DNA from: Candidatus Saccharimonadota bacterium
GTDB taxonomy: Bacteria > Patescibacteriota > Saccharimonadia > Saccharimonadales > AWTP1-31
Assembly (NCBI GenBank): GCA_052034955.1
Contig: JBPOHZ010000003.1
Span: 64,659 to 128,658, forward strand
Direction: 5' to 3'
DNA length: 64,000 bases
Part shown: piece after piece, positions 9,768-18,760 of the stretch
Position numbering within the stretch: position 1 is the first letter of the stretch
How the letters are laid out: the number at the start of each line of letters is the position of its first letter
Program-made: the position numbers and the translations under genes
The notes under the pieces: model-generated
Told to the model about the DNA's origin: nothing
Database searches by the model: none
Seen by the model: the letters and a program-made list of their open reading frames with translations, nothing else

Positions 9768-10700
9768 ATGAAGGTAGTAGTAACTGGCGGAGCAGGGTTT
9801 ATAGGTGCGAATCTTTGCCGGACACTTTTGGCTTCGGACAAGATCAGTAAAGTAGTTGTTTTAGATAACTTATCTACAGGTTTTGCGAGTAACCTGGACG
9901 GGCTAGACGTAGATTTTATCGAGGGTGACATTTTAAACCCTGGTGATCTAGATAAGTGCTTCGAGGGCGCCGATGCTGCCGTTCATTTAGCAGCCGTGCC
10001 ATCGGTTCCGAGATCTGTGAAGGATCCTGTTACTTCTCACCAGGCGAATGCCACAGGAACACTAAACGTATTAGAAGCGGCTCGTCGTGCCGGTGGCGCT
10101 CAGGTTATTGTGGCGTCGTCATCGTCTGTTTACGGGTCTAACCCGGCGTTGCCAAAGCACGAGGATCTGGCTCCTAGACCAATGAGTCCATACGCCGCTT
10201 CAAAGCTTGCGGCCGAATCGTACGCGCTTGCTTATCAGGCCACCTACGACTTACCAGTATTGGCCTTTCGATTCTTTAATGTTTTCGGACCCTTGCAGGC
10301 TGCTGGACACGCCTATGCTGCAGTTATCCCAGCATTTGTTGACGCCGCGCTAAAAGACCAGCCAATACCTATCCATGGCGATGGAACTCAATCACGTGAC
10401 TTCACCTTTGTTGACACTGTCGCAGCAGTTATAACAGATGCGGTCACCAGGAAGGTAACTTCGACTGATCCTGTAAACTTGGCTTTCGGTAGCCGAACTA
10501 ATCTTTTGGAGGTCATTGATCTGATAGAGAAAGAGCTGGGTCATAAGTTAAAACGAGAGTTCCAAGATTCAAGAGTTGGAGACGTTCCTCACTCCCAGGC
10601 TGCAAATGATCGACTCCGAGCCTTATTCCCCGACATTGAGCCGGTCTCGATAGAGGATGGCCTTCGACAAACCATCGATTGGTTCCGAAAAACTAACTAA
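9768..10700 (+). CDS. NAD-dependent sugar-nucleotide epimerase/dehydratase (SDR family)
   Basis: MKVVVTGGAGFIGANL Rossmann motif and YAASK catalytic motif. ATG 9768 lies behind AAGGAG. Confidence 0.85.
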   Translation: MKVVVTGGAGFIGANLCRTLLASDKISKVVVLDNLSTGFASNLDGLDVDFIEGDILNPGDLDKCFEGADAAVHLAAVPSVPRSVKDPVTSHQANATGTLNVLEAARRAGGAQVIVASSSSVYGSNPALPKHEDLAPRPMSPYAASKLAAESYALAYQATYDLPVLAFRFFNVFGPLQAAGHAYAAVIPAFVDAALKDQPIPIHGDGTQSRDFTFVDTVAAVITDAVTRKVTSTDPVNLAFGSRTNLLEVIDLIEKELGHKLKREFQDSRVGDVPHSQAANDRLRALFPDIEPVSIEDGLRQTIDWFRKTN

Positions 10701-10794
10701 CTTGTATACAAATTAAACTCCAGCAATTAACTTCTGGCGAGAGTTGGTATACTATCTATGTACCCCTTTGGTGGAAATAATGGGAGAGAAACAG

Positions 10795-10808
10795 AAAACA
10801 TATGTTTT
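10795..10808. promoter_or_regulatory. Perfect 14-bp palindrome AAAACATATGTTTT upstream of recA (Cheo-box-like candidate SOS operator)
   Basis: Read directly. It lies 25 nt upstream of the recA ATG and differs from GAAC-N4-GTTC by one base per half-site. Confidence 0.4.
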
Positions 10809-10832
10809 ATAAGTAGAAGGAGGGTAACAACC

Positions 10833-11870
10833 ATGTCTGCAAAAGCAAAAGAAAAGAAAGTCCAAACTCCATTAGAACCAGGAGAAGATGGCAAATCAAA
10901 AGCCTTAGGCCTAGCTCTCGACACTATCGAGAAGCAATTTGGTAAAGGTTCAATTATGAAGATGGGTGACAGCTACGCCCAAAAGGTAGAATGTATTCCA
11001 ACTGGCAGCCTTTCGCTGGACCTAGCCCTTGGTGGTGGAATTCCAAAAGGCCGTGTTATTGAAATTTATGGCCCAGAGTCATCTGGTAAGACAACACTTA
11101 CCTTGCACGCCATTGCACAGATTCAGAAGCAAGGTGGTACGGCCGCCTTTATCGATGCCGAGCATGCCCTGGACCCAGCCTATGCCAAGCGCATTGGTGT
11201 GGACGTCGAAAACCTACTACTGTCTCAGCCAGATAATGGTGAACAAGCACTCGAAATAGTCGAAACACTTGTCCGCAGTAATGCGGTTGACCTTATCGTT
11301 GTCGATTCCGTAGCCGCACTTGTTCCACGAGCCGAAATCGAAGGCGACATGGGCGACAGCCACATGGGTCTTCAGGCTCGTCTGATGAGCCAGGCCCTGC
11401 GTAAGCTTACTGGTGTCATTAGTCGTTCCAAAGGTACGGTAATATTCATCAACCAAATCCGTATGAAGATTGGTGTGATGTTTGGTAACCCCGAAACCAC
11501 CACCGGTGGTAATGCCTTGAAGTTTTACGCCTCTGTCCGTATGGACATTCGTCGAATTGCTCAGATTAAGGCTGGCGAAAACATCATTGGTAACCGTACA
11601 CGGGTCAAGGTAGTCAAAAACAAAATTGCGCCACCATTCCGCCAAGCCGAGTTCGACATTATGTACAACCAAGGTATCTCCCGCAGTGGTGACGTACTAG
11701 ACCTAGCAACCGAGCGTGACATTGTCGAGAAATCTGGCGCCTGGTTTGCCTACAACGACGCCAAGATCGGCCAAGGCCGTGAAGCCACTAAGAAGTATCT
11801 GGAAGAGAATCCAAAAATTTTGGATGAAATAGCTAAAAAAGTATCGGACGCAGCAGCCAAGGAGGCATAG
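10833..11870 (+). CDS. recA: Recombinase RecA
   Basis: [18 protein letters not shown], Walker [10 protein letters not shown] and [12 protein letters not shown] 10833 lies behind GAAGGAGGG. Confidence 0.97.
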   Translation: MSAKAKEKKVQTPLEPGEDGKSKALGLALDTIEKQFGKGSIMKMGDSYAQKVECIPTGSLSLDLALGGGIPKGRVIEIYGPESSGKTTLTLHAIAQIQKQGGTAAFIDAEHALDPAYAKRIGVDVENLLLSQPDNGEQALEIVETLVRSNAVDLIVVDSVAALVPRAEIEGDMGDSHMGLQARLMSQALRKLTGVISRSKGTVIFINQIRMKIGVMFGNPETTTGGNALKFYASVRMDIRRIAQIKAGENIIGNRTRVKVVKNKIAPPFRQAEFDIMYNQGISRSGDVLDLATERDIVEKSGAWFAYNDAKIGQGREATKKYLEENPKILDEIAKKVSDAAAKEA

Positions 11871-11871
11871 C

Positions 11872-12066
11872 ATGTCAGGTGAATATGAACCGCCAGTAAA
11901 GTCATGGGGATATGAAGGCCCTGGTGAGGGCGACCCAGCAGACCCTGACTTCGACCCGTCAGCAGCAGTACCGATTTTCCGCCCAGGTTCGCCAGTGAAC
12001 GGAGAGATGACGCATGAAGAAATTATCGATGCCGACCCCGGTGGCATTATAAGGTGCAATGATTAA
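11872..12066 (+). CDS. Small, highly acidic Pro/Gly-rich protein coupled to recA
   Basis: The ATG is 1 nt after the recA stop, with an AAGGAGG SD inside the recA 3' end. 64 aa with 14 Asp/Glu against 3 Lys/Arg. Confidence 0.6.
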   Translation: MSGEYEPPVKSWGYEGPGEGDPADPDFDPSAAVPIFRPGSPVNGEMTHEEIIDADPGGIIRCND

Positions 12067-12069
12067 TCT

Positions 12070-12648
12070 ATGACCAAGAGGGCAGTGATACTACACGGGA
12101 CCGATGGATATCCAGAGGAGCATTGGTTCCCCTGGATGAAGAAAACACTAGAAAAAGCCGGCTACGAGGTATTCGTGCCGCTGCTGCCCGATAACCACAA
12201 GCCAAATCGTAATACTTACGAAAAATTCCTTAAAGAGTCGGGATGGGACTTTACAGATAATCTTATTGTCGGGCATTCGTCTGGGGCAACTACGGTATTA
12301 AACTTACTTTCTTCGGATTGGTTTCCGAATGCTTCGACAGTAGTACTAGCAGGAACCTTCCTGAACGAAAAACTCACCCGTGGCGCGAGTTGGGTCGAGC
12401 CCGGACAGTTCGACGAACTATTTCAGGGTGTTTACGATGCAATCACTCTCAAGAAACGCGCACGGGCATTCTATTTCGTGCACGGCAGTAACGATCCATA
12501 TTGCGACATCGAAGATGCACGTACACTTTGTAATGAACTCGATGGTAGCTTCATCACTGTAAAAGATGGTCACCACCTTGGCGGAGGTTCGGGTCTAACC
12601 GAACTACCGCAGTTAGAAGATAGACTTAGACAAGACGGCATACTGTAG
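12070..12648 (+). CDS. Alpha/beta serine hydrolase, RBBP9/YdeN-like
   Basis: AVILHGTDGYPEEHWFPW N-terminus and nucleophile elbow GHSSG. Length of about 190 aa. Confidence 0.6.
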   Translation: MTKRAVILHGTDGYPEEHWFPWMKKTLEKAGYEVFVPLLPDNHKPNRNTYEKFLKESGWDFTDNLIVGHSSGATTVLNLLSSDWFPNASTVVLAGTFLNEKLTRGASWVEPGQFDELFQGVYDAITLKKRARAFYFVHGSNDPYCDIEDARTLCNELDGSFITVKDGHHLGGGSGLTELPQLEDRLRQDGIL

Positions 12649-12653
12649 TCGGA

Positions 12654-13262
12654 ATGACGATCACCGACATCAAGCAGCAGGTCAAAAACCAAGAACGCTA
12701 TTCAATTTATATTGATGGTAAGTTTAGTTTTGGTTTGAGCGAGCTGGCGCTCATGAATAGCGGGTTACGAGTTGGCCGTGAGCTCGACCAGGCCGAGCTA
12801 GCCGAACTAAAAGACACGGCCAAAAGCGACAAAGCCTACAACCAATGTTTGGGGTTGATTGCTCGTCGGCCACGAAGTGAATGGGAAATCCGCGAATACC
12901 TCAAAAGAAAAGAGTATGACCCCGAGCTCATAGATCAACAGGTAGACCGGCTGTATAAAAGCAAATGGTTAAATGACTTGGATTTTGCTCGGCGATGGGT
13001 AGAAAACAGGCGGTTGCTTAAAAGCACAAGTAAGCGAAGACTTCACCAAGAGCTAAAGATGAAGCGCGTTCCGGACAGTATTATTCAACAGGCTTTAGAA
13101 GAAGACGATACTGACGAAACTGAAGTTCTGCGAAATCTGGTCGCCAGAAAGCGTCAACAAAGTCGTTACCAGGACGCTCAGAAATTGATGGCGTATCTGA
13201 TGCGCCAGGGTTATAACTATGGACAGGTCAAGGACGCTATGAGTATCCAGGATGATGATTAG
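12654..13262 (+). CDS. recX: RecA regulator RecX
   Basis: Three-repeat helical protein: YSIYIDGKFSFGL..., CLGLIARRPRSEWEIREYL and LNDLDFARRWVENR. Confidence 0.85.
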   Translation: MTITDIKQQVKNQERYSIYIDGKFSFGLSELALMNSGLRVGRELDQAELAELKDTAKSDKAYNQCLGLIARRPRSEWEIREYLKRKEYDPELIDQQVDRLYKSKWLNDLDFARRWVENRRLLKSTSKRRLHQELKMKRVPDSIIQQALEEDDTDETEVLRNLVARKRQQSRYQDAQKLMAYLMRQGYNYGQVKDAMSIQDDD

Positions 13263-13792
13263 CTTGCTGGCAAGGGGCTGACGGCCGCAGCCCCGGATCT
13301 AAATGGCTGAAGGGGGTCTTTGATAACAATTTTACGGTTGTTTATTTCGACAATCTGAGTCCGGTCGATGCTAAGGCTACCACCGGTAAGATTCTTTAGG
13401 AGTGTCTGCGTGGCATATATTTTTTTGATTAACATACTTTCTGGTTCGGTAGCATAGTCATTTACCTTGCCCATTCGTTGCCCGCTTTGGGTGACAATGG
13501 CTTTACCGATCAGCTGAAAGTCTAGCTCCATTATCTTGTGTAGGCGAATCAGCTCGCTCGGCTCTACTAGGACGCTATGGTCGTCGACAACTAGGCCGGC
13601 CGGTATTACCTCGCGGATATCTTGGTAAACGAGAACCAGTTGGCGTTTCTTGTCGATGCTATCCATGCAATAAAAACCCTCAATTTTTAAGTTGTTAGGA
13701 TTGATGATGGCTCGGTAAGCGGTGGCTATTTTACCGCCAGTTCGGAGGCTCATGACTGGCTGGTCGAGAAGTGATTTTGTTAGAACTAACAT
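13259..13792 (-). CDS. PRC-barrel-like domain protein
   Basis: LLDQPVMSLRTGGKIA..IINPNNLKIEGFY pattern, repeated in the C-terminal half. Assignment is by eye only. Confidence 0.45.
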   Translation of the reverse strand: MLVLTKSLLDQPVMSLRTGGKIATAYRAIINPNNLKIEGFYCMDSIDKKRQLVLVYQDIREVIPAGLVVDDHSVLVEPSELIRLHKIMELDFQLIGKAIVTQSGQRMGKVNDYATEPESMLIKKIYATQTLLKNLTGGSLSIDRTQIVEINNRKIVIKDPLQPFRSGAAAVSPLPAS

Positions 13793-13890
13793 GCCAATAG
13801 TATAACAGCCGTTGGATAAGCTGCTATGCCCCTTGTGCTATTACAAAAAAGATTTTGTAACTAAGCATTTCCGGGTGTATATTGGCAGAC

Positions 13891-15099
13891 ATGAGGCGTC
13901 TAACAGGGGTAATTCTAGTGGTTTTGGGTGTAGTCTTGGGCTACAGCGCACCGGTTTTAGGTGCTGCTCCCGGGGTTCTGATAACGGCAATACAAACATC
14001 CGGAGTTACTGCAGGCCAAGAAATTATTAAGCTAAAGAACACGTCTAGGACGGTCGTTGACTTGTCGGTGCTTCGGTTAGAATATCTGCCGGCTAGGCCC
14101 AAGGACATCACCAAGCCTAGTAGAGTTATAAAGCTCTCTGGCAAGCTAAATATGGGGCAGGAGTTTACTCTTGCAGCCAAAGAGTATTCGCAGATAAAAG
14201 CCGATCTATATTTTAACGCCACCATGTCGGCATCTGGCGGACACTTAAGATTAATGGGTTCCGAGCAGCTGGACTTGGTTGGCTGGGGTACGGCAGGATA
14301 TGCAAAGGTTAGTCCAGCTAAGGCGCCAATGCCTGGACAAAAACTAATAAGAAAGACTGTAGACGATCAGCTGAGTATAACCGGAGACAACAGTAAGGAC
14401 TTCATATTAGAGGGGGACAGTTTGCCATCCGTGAAGTCGGGTACAAAACCTAGCGTTGTCCCCTTTTCTGGAAGAGTAAAGATTACCGAGCTATTTCCGG
14501 ATCCAATCAAACCAGATACCGATGCTAAAGCCGAGTTTATTGAACTGCAGAATATTGGGCCCAGCGCCGTTAATCTTGAGGGTTTAATTCTGCTTTGCGG
14601 CAAGACTTTAACAAGACAATTCAAGCTACCGGCCATAAAGATTAGTGCCGGTAGGTATATATCTTTTGCTGCCCCTACAACCAAACTTAGTCTTGCTAAC
14701 AGCGGCGGTAGAGTTCAGCTACGGGATCATTCTGGAAGAATCCTGAGCGATATAAAATTTCCAAAAGCATTCGCCGGAGCTTCTTGGGCGCTAAATGCAG
14801 GAAAATGGGCCTGGACTACCAGCCCGAGTCCCGGAAAGGCAAACGTAATAGTGACTCCCAAGCCTAGTGCTAAGCGGACTAGGTCTTCAGTCAGGACTAC
14901 CTTATCCAGGGGCAAGGTTATGTCTGATGCAACAGCAAAAGCTGTCAAAGTAAAGGCTGAGGCCACAACAAAACCTCCGCTTCATTCATCTGTTGTTGCT
15001 GGCGTGGGTAGTCTGGCTGTACTATATGGTGTATATGAGTACCGACAAGACCTGGCAAACGCAATCAACAAGCTCCGAAGACACCGAAAGAATCGGTGA
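13891..15099 (+). CDS. Secreted, membrane-anchored protein with two lamin-tail (LTD) domains
   Basis: Signal peptide MRRLTGVILVVLGVVLG, LTD signature ITELFPDP...AEFIELQNIG, and a C-terminal TM helix with a basic tail. Confidence 0.7.
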   Translation: MRRLTGVILVVLGVVLGYSAPVLGAAPGVLITAIQTSGVTAGQEIIKLKNTSRTVVDLSVLRLEYLPARPKDITKPSRVIKLSGKLNMGQEFTLAAKEYSQIKADLYFNATMSASGGHLRLMGSEQLDLVGWGTAGYAKVSPAKAPMPGQKLIRKTVDDQLSITGDNSKDFILEGDSLPSVKSGTKPSVVPFSGRVKITELFPDPIKPDTDAKAEFIELQNIGPSAVNLEGLILLCGKTLTRQFKLPAIKISAGRYISFAAPTTKLSLANSGGRVQLRDHSGRILSDIKFPKAFAGASWALNAGKWAWTTSPSPGKANVIVTPKPSAKRTRSSVRTTLSRGKVMSDATAKAVKVKAEATTKPPLHSSVVAGVGSLAVLYGVYEYRQDLANAINKLRRHRKNR

Positions 15100-15499
15100 G
15101 CAACTTGGCGCAGGTCTTCGGGGCGGAGAAGTGATCGAGCTAGTAAGTGACCTGGGTGGTGGCAAGACCACCATGGTCCGGGGAATTGCTAAAGGATTCG
15201 GAAGCAAGGACATGGTCGCCAGCCCGACCTTTACAGTTAGTAAAGAGTATTTAAGTGGGAATAAGCGGATTGTCCACTACGACTTTTACCGATTAAGTGA
15301 CCCCGGAATCTTGGAGTTCGAACTATACGAAACACTCTCCGACCCAAATGCCGTGGCCATAATTGAGTGGGCCGATATCGTCCATGATGTTCTCCCCAAA
15401 GATAGGCTTACTATCAAGATCACCACCAGCGGGGAAGAATCACGGTTAATTGATTTTGTTGCGTCCGAGGCACTGGGTTATTTAGCAGAGGAATCCTAG
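15035..15499 (+). CDS. tsaE: tRNA t6A37 biosynthesis ATPase TsaE
   Basis: GGEVIELVSDLGGGKTTMVRGIAKG P-loop and SPTF motif. The start is uncertain because the ORF overlaps the preceding gene. Confidence 0.8.
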   Translation: MSTDKTWQTQSTSSEDTERIGEQLGAGLRGGEVIELVSDLGGGKTTMVRGIAKGFGSKDMVASPTFTVSKEYLSGNKRIVHYDFYRLSDPGILEFELYETLSDPNAVAIIEWADIVHDVLPKDRLTIKITTSGEESRLIDFVASEALGYLAEES

Positions 15500-15514
15500 G
15501 ATACAATAGTTAAC

Positions 15515-15907
15515 ATGTTGATCCTTTCCCTACGTACCGACAAGCCCGAAGCCGAGATTGGCTTGTATGAAGACGAAAACAAAATCGCCTATCTGACCTG
15601 GGAAGCGCATAGGCAGCTTGCCGAGACTCTCCATAGTAAGATCAAAGGCTTGCTCGTGGACAATAATCGTTCACTAGAACAGATACAAGGCATAGCCTGC
15701 TACCAGGGTCCGGGAAGTTTTACTGGCCTTAGAATTGGTCTAAGTGTGGCAAACGCCTTAGCCGCCAGCCTGCCGGCGGCAATTGTCGCTACTACCGGAC
15801 AAGACTGGTTAGACGAAGCTATAGATTACCTCCTGAACGACGAAGATCACAAGCAAGTCCTCCCAGAATACGGTGCGCCCGTGCACATTACACAGCAAAA
15901 GAAATAA
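15515..15907 (+). CDS. tsaB: TsaB-like t6A37 protein (short, N-terminal domain only)
   Basis: YQGPGSFTGLRIGLSVANALA motif. Only 130 aa. Confidence 0.75.
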   Translation: MLILSLRTDKPEAEIGLYEDENKIAYLTWEAHRQLAETLHSKIKGLLVDNNRSLEQIQGIACYQGPGSFTGLRIGLSVANALAASLPAAIVATTGQDWLDEAIDYLLNDEDHKQVLPEYGAPVHITQQKK

Positions 15908-15990
15908 ATCACATATTTTGCTTGACAGTCTAATTGCATAAGATTACGCTTATGGTAAGGATATCTAAAATCAAAAAAGGAAAATAAAAA

Positions 15991-17649
15991 ATGTTAAAAA
16001 GAATCGCCTCCGGCTTCAGCGCTTTGTTATTAAGCATGACGTCGCTATTCGTGTTTGCGCCGATGATAGCAAGTGCAGCAACCGATGTTTGTACTTGGGA
16101 TGGTTCATCTAATACAAACTTCAACACTGCCGGTAACTGGTCGTGTGCATCAGACGGTGAAGCCGTACCCGGAGCAGGAGATACTCTAAAATTCCCATAT
16201 GGAACGGGTGTCACCAACAAGAGTCTTAATAACGATATCGCAGCTGGCACTTCTTTCGCGGCCATTATCTTTGACGCCCCGTCTGCTTTAACACAAAGTG
16301 AAACAGCCTACACTCTAGCAGGGAATGCTCTTAAGCTTACTACTGCGTTAACAACCAGTGGTGACGCAGGTAGCGCATATATTAGCTCGGCAGTTAATCT
16401 AAATGTAGAATTCTCTTCTGATTCGACAATAAGCTCTGTAACTAATTTAAACATCACCATTGGGGGAATAGTTAGCGGTTCCGGAGACATAGAAAAGACA
16501 GGGTTAGGCATGCTGTATCTATCTGGATCAAATACATTTACCGGAAATTTTAACGCAGCCGAAGGATCAGTATATGTTTCGTATTTGAATGGTTTAGGCT
16601 CTAGCGCTGGATCAACAACTATTGGCCCTGATGGATACCTAAGTTATGACATCACTGAAGCAAATCGAAAGGGCACCATAGCCGAGCCTTTTATCCTAAA
16701 CAACGCCAGGGGAGTCATACTTAACGTCTCTTGTGGTGGAGATTATTGTGATGACGAGCTTATAAAACTATCTGGCGACATAGAAATACTGCGTAATATA
16801 AAATGGGCATCTTACAATGACCTAAAGCTAACCGGTGCATTATCTGGCGAATACACGATTGGTATTGCAGATGGTAATCCTGGTAAATTGATAATTGACT
16901 CTTCTGATAACAACACAAAATCCAAAAATGCAACCTACGAAGCAAGATACTACACAAAGAAATACACCGATAAAACTGGTAACGAGTATGCAAGCATCCC
17001 TTACCGTGAAACCGGTATACTTACAGGCAAGTACTACTCGGCATATGTTGCTGAAGGCGGAACATTAAAAGGTACCGGAACAATCAAAAATAGCCTCTAT
17101 GCAACCACCGGCTCATTAGTGGCACCTGGACTTTCACCTGGATGCTTAACTACTGCAAACCTATTTATGTACGGACAATACCAGGTCGAGATCGCCGGTA
17201 CTAAGGCTTGCTCGAAACATGATCAATTGATTGTAAACGGTGAAGTTAGTCTATCCGAAGACTACGATGATGATAATGCTGATAATGATGTTCAGGGTAC
17301 TTTAAGTGCTAGTTTCATAGATAAGTACAAGCCTACAAAGGGCGAGAAATTCATAATCATTAATAATGACAAAACGGATAAAGTAATAGGCACATTCAAA
17401 GGCCTAAAAGAAGGCGCAACCTTTAAGACCCCTGGTGAATCCGTCCTAAAAATCAGCTATAAGGGTGGAACTGGTAATGATGTAGAACTAACTCTACTAA
17501 AGGTTGGAACTCCAGATACCGGATTTGGATTACTACTTAACAATCCTGCCGCAATATTAGCTGCAACAGTTCTTTCAGCTGGCGCAATCCTGATGATGTC
17601 ACGACGATTTGCTCCAGCCACTACGGGTAAGCGCAAGTCTCGCCGATAA
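15991..17649 (+). CDS. Surface protein with autotransporter-associated beta-strand (PATR-like) repeats and a C-terminal sorting signal
   Basis: Signal peptide, then repeats such as GLGMLYLSGSNTFTGNFNAAEGSVYV. The C-terminus is TPDTG, a hydrophobic helix, then KRKSRR. Confidence 0.7.
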   Translation: MLKRIASGFSALLLSMTSLFVFAPMIASAATDVCTWDGSSNTNFNTAGNWSCASDGEAVPGAGDTLKFPYGTGVTNKSLNNDIAAGTSFAAIIFDAPSALTQSETAYTLAGNALKLTTALTTSGDAGSAYISSAVNLNVEFSSDSTISSVTNLNITIGGIVSGSGDIEKTGLGMLYLSGSNTFTGNFNAAEGSVYVSYLNGLGSSAGSTTIGPDGYLSYDITEANRKGTIAEPFILNNARGVILNVSCGGDYCDDELIKLSGDIEILRNIKWASYNDLKLTGALSGEYTIGIADGNPGKLIIDSSDNNTKSKNATYEARYYTKKYTDKTGNEYASIPYRETGILTGKYYSAYVAEGGTLKGTGTIKNSLYATTGSLVAPGLSPGCLTTANLFMYGQYQVEIAGTKACSKHDQLIVNGEVSLSEDYDDDNADNDVQGTLSASFIDKYKPTKGEKFIIINNDKTDKVIGTFKGLKEGATFKTPGESVLKISYKGGTGNDVELTLLKVGTPDTGFGLLLNNPAAILAATVLSAGAILMMSRRFAPATTGKRKSRR

Positions 17650-17696
17650 GACAAAGTTCGATTGTTCCTAAAAATAAAACAAACAAAACAAAAAAT

Positions 17697-18614
17697 ATGT
17701 CTACAGCTCGTATAACACTTGATAACCCGGTATTCTCTGGCAGATTACGTCAGTATGGACGCGGTACGCCGTTTATCCATCAGCCTGCCAGAGTGGTACC
17801 TCGTGGTATCAGTGACATTTACGTTGCTCCTGCCAAGAAGCAGGTAAGAGCCAATGTTCAGCCGGTAGTTGTACCTGGCAGACAAGAACGTTCCCAGGTT
17901 TTGCAGCGAAATGTTATGCCTGCACCAGTCGTTAGCAAAAGAAAGACCAGAGCAAAAAAGGCTACTAGCCAAAAATTGATGATGGCTATGGCTGGAATAA
18001 TATTTGTCGTAGGTCTGGGTGTTGCGGCCATGGGTCTTCGAACTAACCAGGCTGTTATCGCTCAAACCAGGCAGGCTACCGGGGCTAACGGTGGCGCAGC
18101 AGGCCAGCGAGCGGTAGTAAGCGAAGAAAAACCAAGCGCCGCGGCCATTAGTAGCTACCGCGTAGATAAAATGGCACCAAGAATAGTTAGTATTCCAAAG
18201 CTAAAAGTTAATGCCCGTATCCAGGCCCAAGGCACAGAACCTAATGGTGCGCTAAAAGCTCCTTATAACGTTCACGATGCTGGCTGGTTCGACCAAAGTG
18301 GTAAGCCTGGCGAAGGTGGTGCGATATTACTAGATGGTCATGTCGCTGGCCCAACTGTCCATGGTGTATTCTATGACATTAAGAAGCTGGTTGCGGGGGA
18401 TCGTATTAGCATCGAACGGGGCGATGGAAAGAAGTTTCAGTATAAAGTTGTTAAGACTAAAACTGCTAAAGTAAAAGACGTTGATATGTCAGCTGCGCTA
18501 TTGCCGGCTGTAGAAGGTGCTTCGGGCTTAAATATGATTACATGTACCGGTAATTACGACCACAAAACCGGCGAATATGACCAACGAGTTATGGTCTTTG
18601 CGGTTGAGGTTTAG
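17697..18614 (+). CDS. Sortase (class E/F-like) with N-terminal membrane anchor
   Basis: Catalytic His in LLDGHVAGP, Cys in NMITCTG (TLxTC-type) and Arg in QRVMVF. A TM helix lies at about residues 95-115. Confidence 0.8.
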   Translation: MSTARITLDNPVFSGRLRQYGRGTPFIHQPARVVPRGISDIYVAPAKKQVRANVQPVVVPGRQERSQVLQRNVMPAPVVSKRKTRAKKATSQKLMMAMAGIIFVVGLGVAAMGLRTNQAVIAQTRQATGANGGAAGQRAVVSEEKPSAAAISSYRVDKMAPRIVSIPKLKVNARIQAQGTEPNGALKAPYNVHDAGWFDQSGKPGEGGAILLDGHVAGPTVHGVFYDIKKLVAGDRISIERGDGKKFQYKVVKTKTAKVKDVDMSAALLPAVEGASGLNMITCTGNYDHKTGEYDQRVMVFAVEV

Positions 18615-18760
18615 AGCTCCGTTTGTGCTATTGTATGTATAGGATTGTAGGCGTTTGAGAGCATACAACCGTATTTATTTATTGAACCTGTAGCAGCCGC
18701 TTGGCTAAAGAAGTGATAGTGATGTCCGTGGCCTGCTACATCTGATAGAAAGGAAAAGCT

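Noticed and set aside
11703-12059. 118-aa minus-strand ORF opposite the recA 3' end and the acidic small ORF
   Set aside because: The plus-strand small ORF has a consensus SD and tight coupling to recA. The antisense frame has neither.
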